Origin: Verrucomicrobiota bacterium | Lineage (GTDB): Bacteria > Verrucomicrobiota > Kiritimatiellia > CAIQIC01 > JAGNIJ01 | Direction of reading: 5' to 3' | Assembly (NCBI GenBank): GCA_022704185.1 | Contig: JAKJGV010000003.1 | Span: 1 to 62,920, forward strand | DNA length: 62,920 bases | Shown: piece by piece, positions 60,940 to 62,920 of the stretch | Layout: every line of letters starts with the position of its first letter | Position numbering within the stretch: the first letter of the stretch is position 1 | Program-made: the position numbers and the translations under genes | The notes under the pieces: generated by a model | What the model was told of the DNA's origin: nothing | The model's database searches: none | Seen by the model: only the letters and a program-made list of their open reading frames with translations

Positions 60940-62184
60940 ATGCCGGAGGTATTGTCTGTGAAGAAGCCCCGGAAATGGGTGAAGCCGGTTCTGGTGTTTG
61001 TGGCGGCGTTGGCGCTGGGCGCGGCTTACGTCGGATACAGGGCCTACCGGACGGTTTCCGTCGGGCGCAGTATCCATGCGCAAGTCCGTTACCTGATCGA
61101 AAACGGCGGCACAATCGGCGAGGTCCCCGCCGATCAGGCTTTCTCCGTGGACTTCCTCGAAGCGATTTTCGGCGACAATCCGGAACTGCTTTCCCATCTG
61201 CAGGCCCTGGTCAGAAAAGGACTGAGCGATGATCCCGCGCTGCATGTCGGCGAGGTGGCCGCCATGCTGGTGACTTACCAAACCGATGAAAACGGCAAGG
61301 TATCGGACGTGGTGATTCATGCCGTGGGAGGATTCCCCCTTGCGCGAAGGAGACCGGGCTTCCACTCCGGCGGCTACTTTTTCCAGCAACTCGACAAGAA
61401 CCTGTGGAGCTACGGGAACATCCTGATCGGCTTTCTCGGCCGCGACGTCGTGCTCTTCGCGGACAACGAGGAAACCGCTGCCCGCCAGGAAGAGCTGATT
61501 GACACGCTGTTCTCAGGCCAGATCATGCCGTTGGTGAACAAGCTCGCACGGCCCCTTTACTTCACGATGGTGTTTCCCGAACCCCGGCACGTGATTCCGC
61601 CGCAACTCCGGCATCACATGCAGGCGATCGTGCTGAAAGGGTTCATCAGCAAGTACAATGGCCATGCGGAGGTGCTCGCGCTGAGCCCCTCGGCTCGTTC
61701 GGCCGACTATGCCGCCAGCATCCTCAAAGACCTCAAGCTCGTGGCCGAACTCACACTGAAGACTCGTTGGCACGGCGTCGAACGCCAGACTCCCTGGGGG
61801 CGCGTCCGCAACCCGTGGTGGGCCTACGAGATGGTGCAGACGTTGGAGGCATCGAAGATGACCCAGGAGGAGACCCTGATCCGGTTCTCCACCGATTTCG
61901 AGCGCGTCATGGTCAATGCGATCCTCAAAAGCGTTGAACGTATGAGCCGCGATCTGGCCGCCATGAAGTCCACCTATGACGAGAGGATGGATCCCCGGTT
62001 GACCGACGCGCGGTTGCGCACGAAAAAGCCCATGCATTACTGGACCGAAGAGCATCAATGGGGTCCGGACTGGCCAATTCCGCCCATCGTGACAAACGAG
62101 ACGGCGAAGAGCCCTGCGGCCGAGTCGCCGGAGACGCAGGCTTCGGATGTGCAGACCGGGGGAGGAAACACTTCTGCCCTGTAG
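60940..62184 (+). CDS. Hypothetical membrane-anchored protein, no recognisable domain
   Basis: 414-aa ORF with coherent coding bias and an N-terminal TM (WVKPVLVFVAALALGAAYVGY). GTG 60958, preceded by GGAGGT at 7-nt spacing, is a plausible alternative start. Confidence 0.6.
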   Translation: MPEVLSVKKPRKWVKPVLVFVAALALGAAYVGYRAYRTVSVGRSIHAQVRYLIENGGTIGEVPADQAFSVDFLEAIFGDNPELLSHLQALVRKGLSDDPALHVGEVAAMLVTYQTDENGKVSDVVIHAVGGFPLARRRPGFHSGGYFFQQLDKNLWSYGNILIGFLGRDVVLFADNEETAARQEELIDTLFSGQIMPLVNKLARPLYFTMVFPEPRHVIPPQLRHHMQAIVLKGFISKYNGHAEVLALSPSARSADYAASILKDLKLVAELTLKTRWHGVERQTPWGRVRNPWWAYEMVQTLEASKMTQEETLIRFSTDFERVMVNAILKSVERMSRDLAAMKSTYDERMDPRLTDARLRTKKPMHYWTEEHQWGPDWPIPPIVTNETAKSPAAESPETQASDVQTGGGNTSAL

Positions 62185-62449
62185 CAGGATGCCGCGTGAA
62201 CTTCTACCCGCGCGACTCATGAAAAAGCCGGCCCGTACATCATCGTCACCCGGCACGGGCGACGATGCCAAGAACTTGTCACCCCGGTGTTGCCTTTTGC
62301 CGTGTTCACCTAATAGAATGACGCATTTGCTGCGGGAGGTGTATCGTCGTCTTCCGCGGTATTCGACATAGCGGATAAGAAGTTCAAGAACAGCCATGCT
62401 CGTAACGCGAACAACGTACGGGGCAGAGGGGGTGTGTAGTTTTGTCTTA

Positions 62450-62920
62450 ATGGCAAAACGCCTGGTCGCGCCTCTTGCGGTCCTCGTCTCCTTCGCCATG
62501 CTCGGCGCGCAGGCCGCCGAATACGATGTCCTTCAGATCTCGAGTGATGAGATGGTCAGCCGCGATCCGGTGATCGGCGAGACCGGCTTCGCGGCGTGGG
62601 GGGCTTACCGAAGCACGGAGTTGGGAGGAACCGCCGCCGACGTGATGATCTATTCAAACGGCGTCGCGAAGCCCTTGTTCCGCACGCGCCCGCGCGACAA
62701 CCCGGCGAACTTCCGGCCCGACGTGCACAGCAACAGCCTGGTGTGGGTCGGCATGCTCGCGGGCAGCAGCCGCACCGTCGCGTGGCAACTCCGCGAAGTG
62801 CCGGCTCCGGACCGCGACACGCCGGTGCCCGAGTTGCCGGCCAATTACTATCTCGATTTCGGCGAGGGCGGGCAGCAACTCTGGTCAACCAACCCGCCCG
62901 TTGTCACAAACGCTGTCCCC
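62450..62920 (+). CDS. Secreted hypothetical protein, N-terminal fragment (runs off window end)
   Basis: Own translation: MAKRLVAPLAVLVSFAMLGAQAAEYDVLQISSDEMVSRDPVIGETGFAAWGAY... Open for 157 codons to the window end. Signal-peptide-like start. Absent from the ORF track because it has no stop. Confidence 0.5.
   Translation, partial: MAKRLVAPLAVLVSFAMLGAQAAEYDVLQISSDEMVSRDPVIGETGFAAWGAYRSTELGGTAADVMIYSNGVAKPLFRTRPRDNPANFRPDVHSNSLVWVGMLAGSSRTVAWQLREVPAPDRDTPVPELPANYYLDFGEGGQQLWSTNPPVVTNAVP

Noticed and set aside
60778-61389. The upstream 204 codons of the 1129-aa ORF containing the GH94-like gene.
   Set aside because: The sequence is low-complexity and would overlap the divergent 414-aa gene. 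A strong AAGGAG SD precedes ATG 60777, where protein-like sequence (MKRMPVFKKTGECWWDF) begins.

Overview
GC-rich bacterial chromosomal segment. The gene content (PEP-CTERM proteins, an H-X9-DG pseudopilin, TMTC-like GT-C/TPR membrane proteins, a fermentative hydrogenase with ackA-pta) suggests an anaerobe of the PVC superphylum; this is inference only. I can support about 62 protein genes and found no rRNA, tRNA or CRISPR array.

Gene order, left to right:
- A minus-strand translation/targeting block: rpmE, prfA-prmC-ZnF-ffh-rpsP-KH-trmD-rplS-rnhB.
- A PEP-CTERM / TMTC-like / TMTC-like / PEP-CTERM cassette.
- A periplasmic cyclophilin.
- A translationally coupled ROK-ppx-ppk1-CHAD polyphosphate operon.
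- A Ser/Thr kinase followed by a pseudopilin.
- Two EIIA(Ntr)-like genes, one fused to an HP0958-type zinc ribbon, flanking a CPA2 antiporter.
- D-aminoacylase, HIT, ORF6N, trmJ and an Lrp-aminotransferase pair.
- A roughly 12-kb minus-strand [NiFe]-hydrogenase supraoperon: group-3b hyhBGSL, maturation protease, an embedded GT39/TPR membrane protein and hypABFCDE. It is divergent from ackA-pta.
- A NikR-box-controlled OM-barrel-nikM(PDGLE)-nikQ-nikO operon.
- A lower-GC Doc/AbrB toxin-antitoxin islet, then znuACB-zur and nikR.
- A degenerate NtrC-like response regulator, glgB, a GH94-like phosphorylase and unknowns.

The non-coding space is unusually rich in structure:
- At least two dispersed palindromic element families. 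One is CCCTCTCCC-loop-GGGAGAGGG REP/MITE-like, and one copy rewrites the hypC-hypD junction. The other is a long-hairpin element with GAACCGCGAATTAACA termini.
- An array of three palindromes phased at 31 bp.
- Two dense hairpin clusters in convergent spacers.

The ORF track uses GTG/TTG as well as ATG starts, so several starts were re-picked by hand. All functional calls rest on motif recognition by eye, not on searches.
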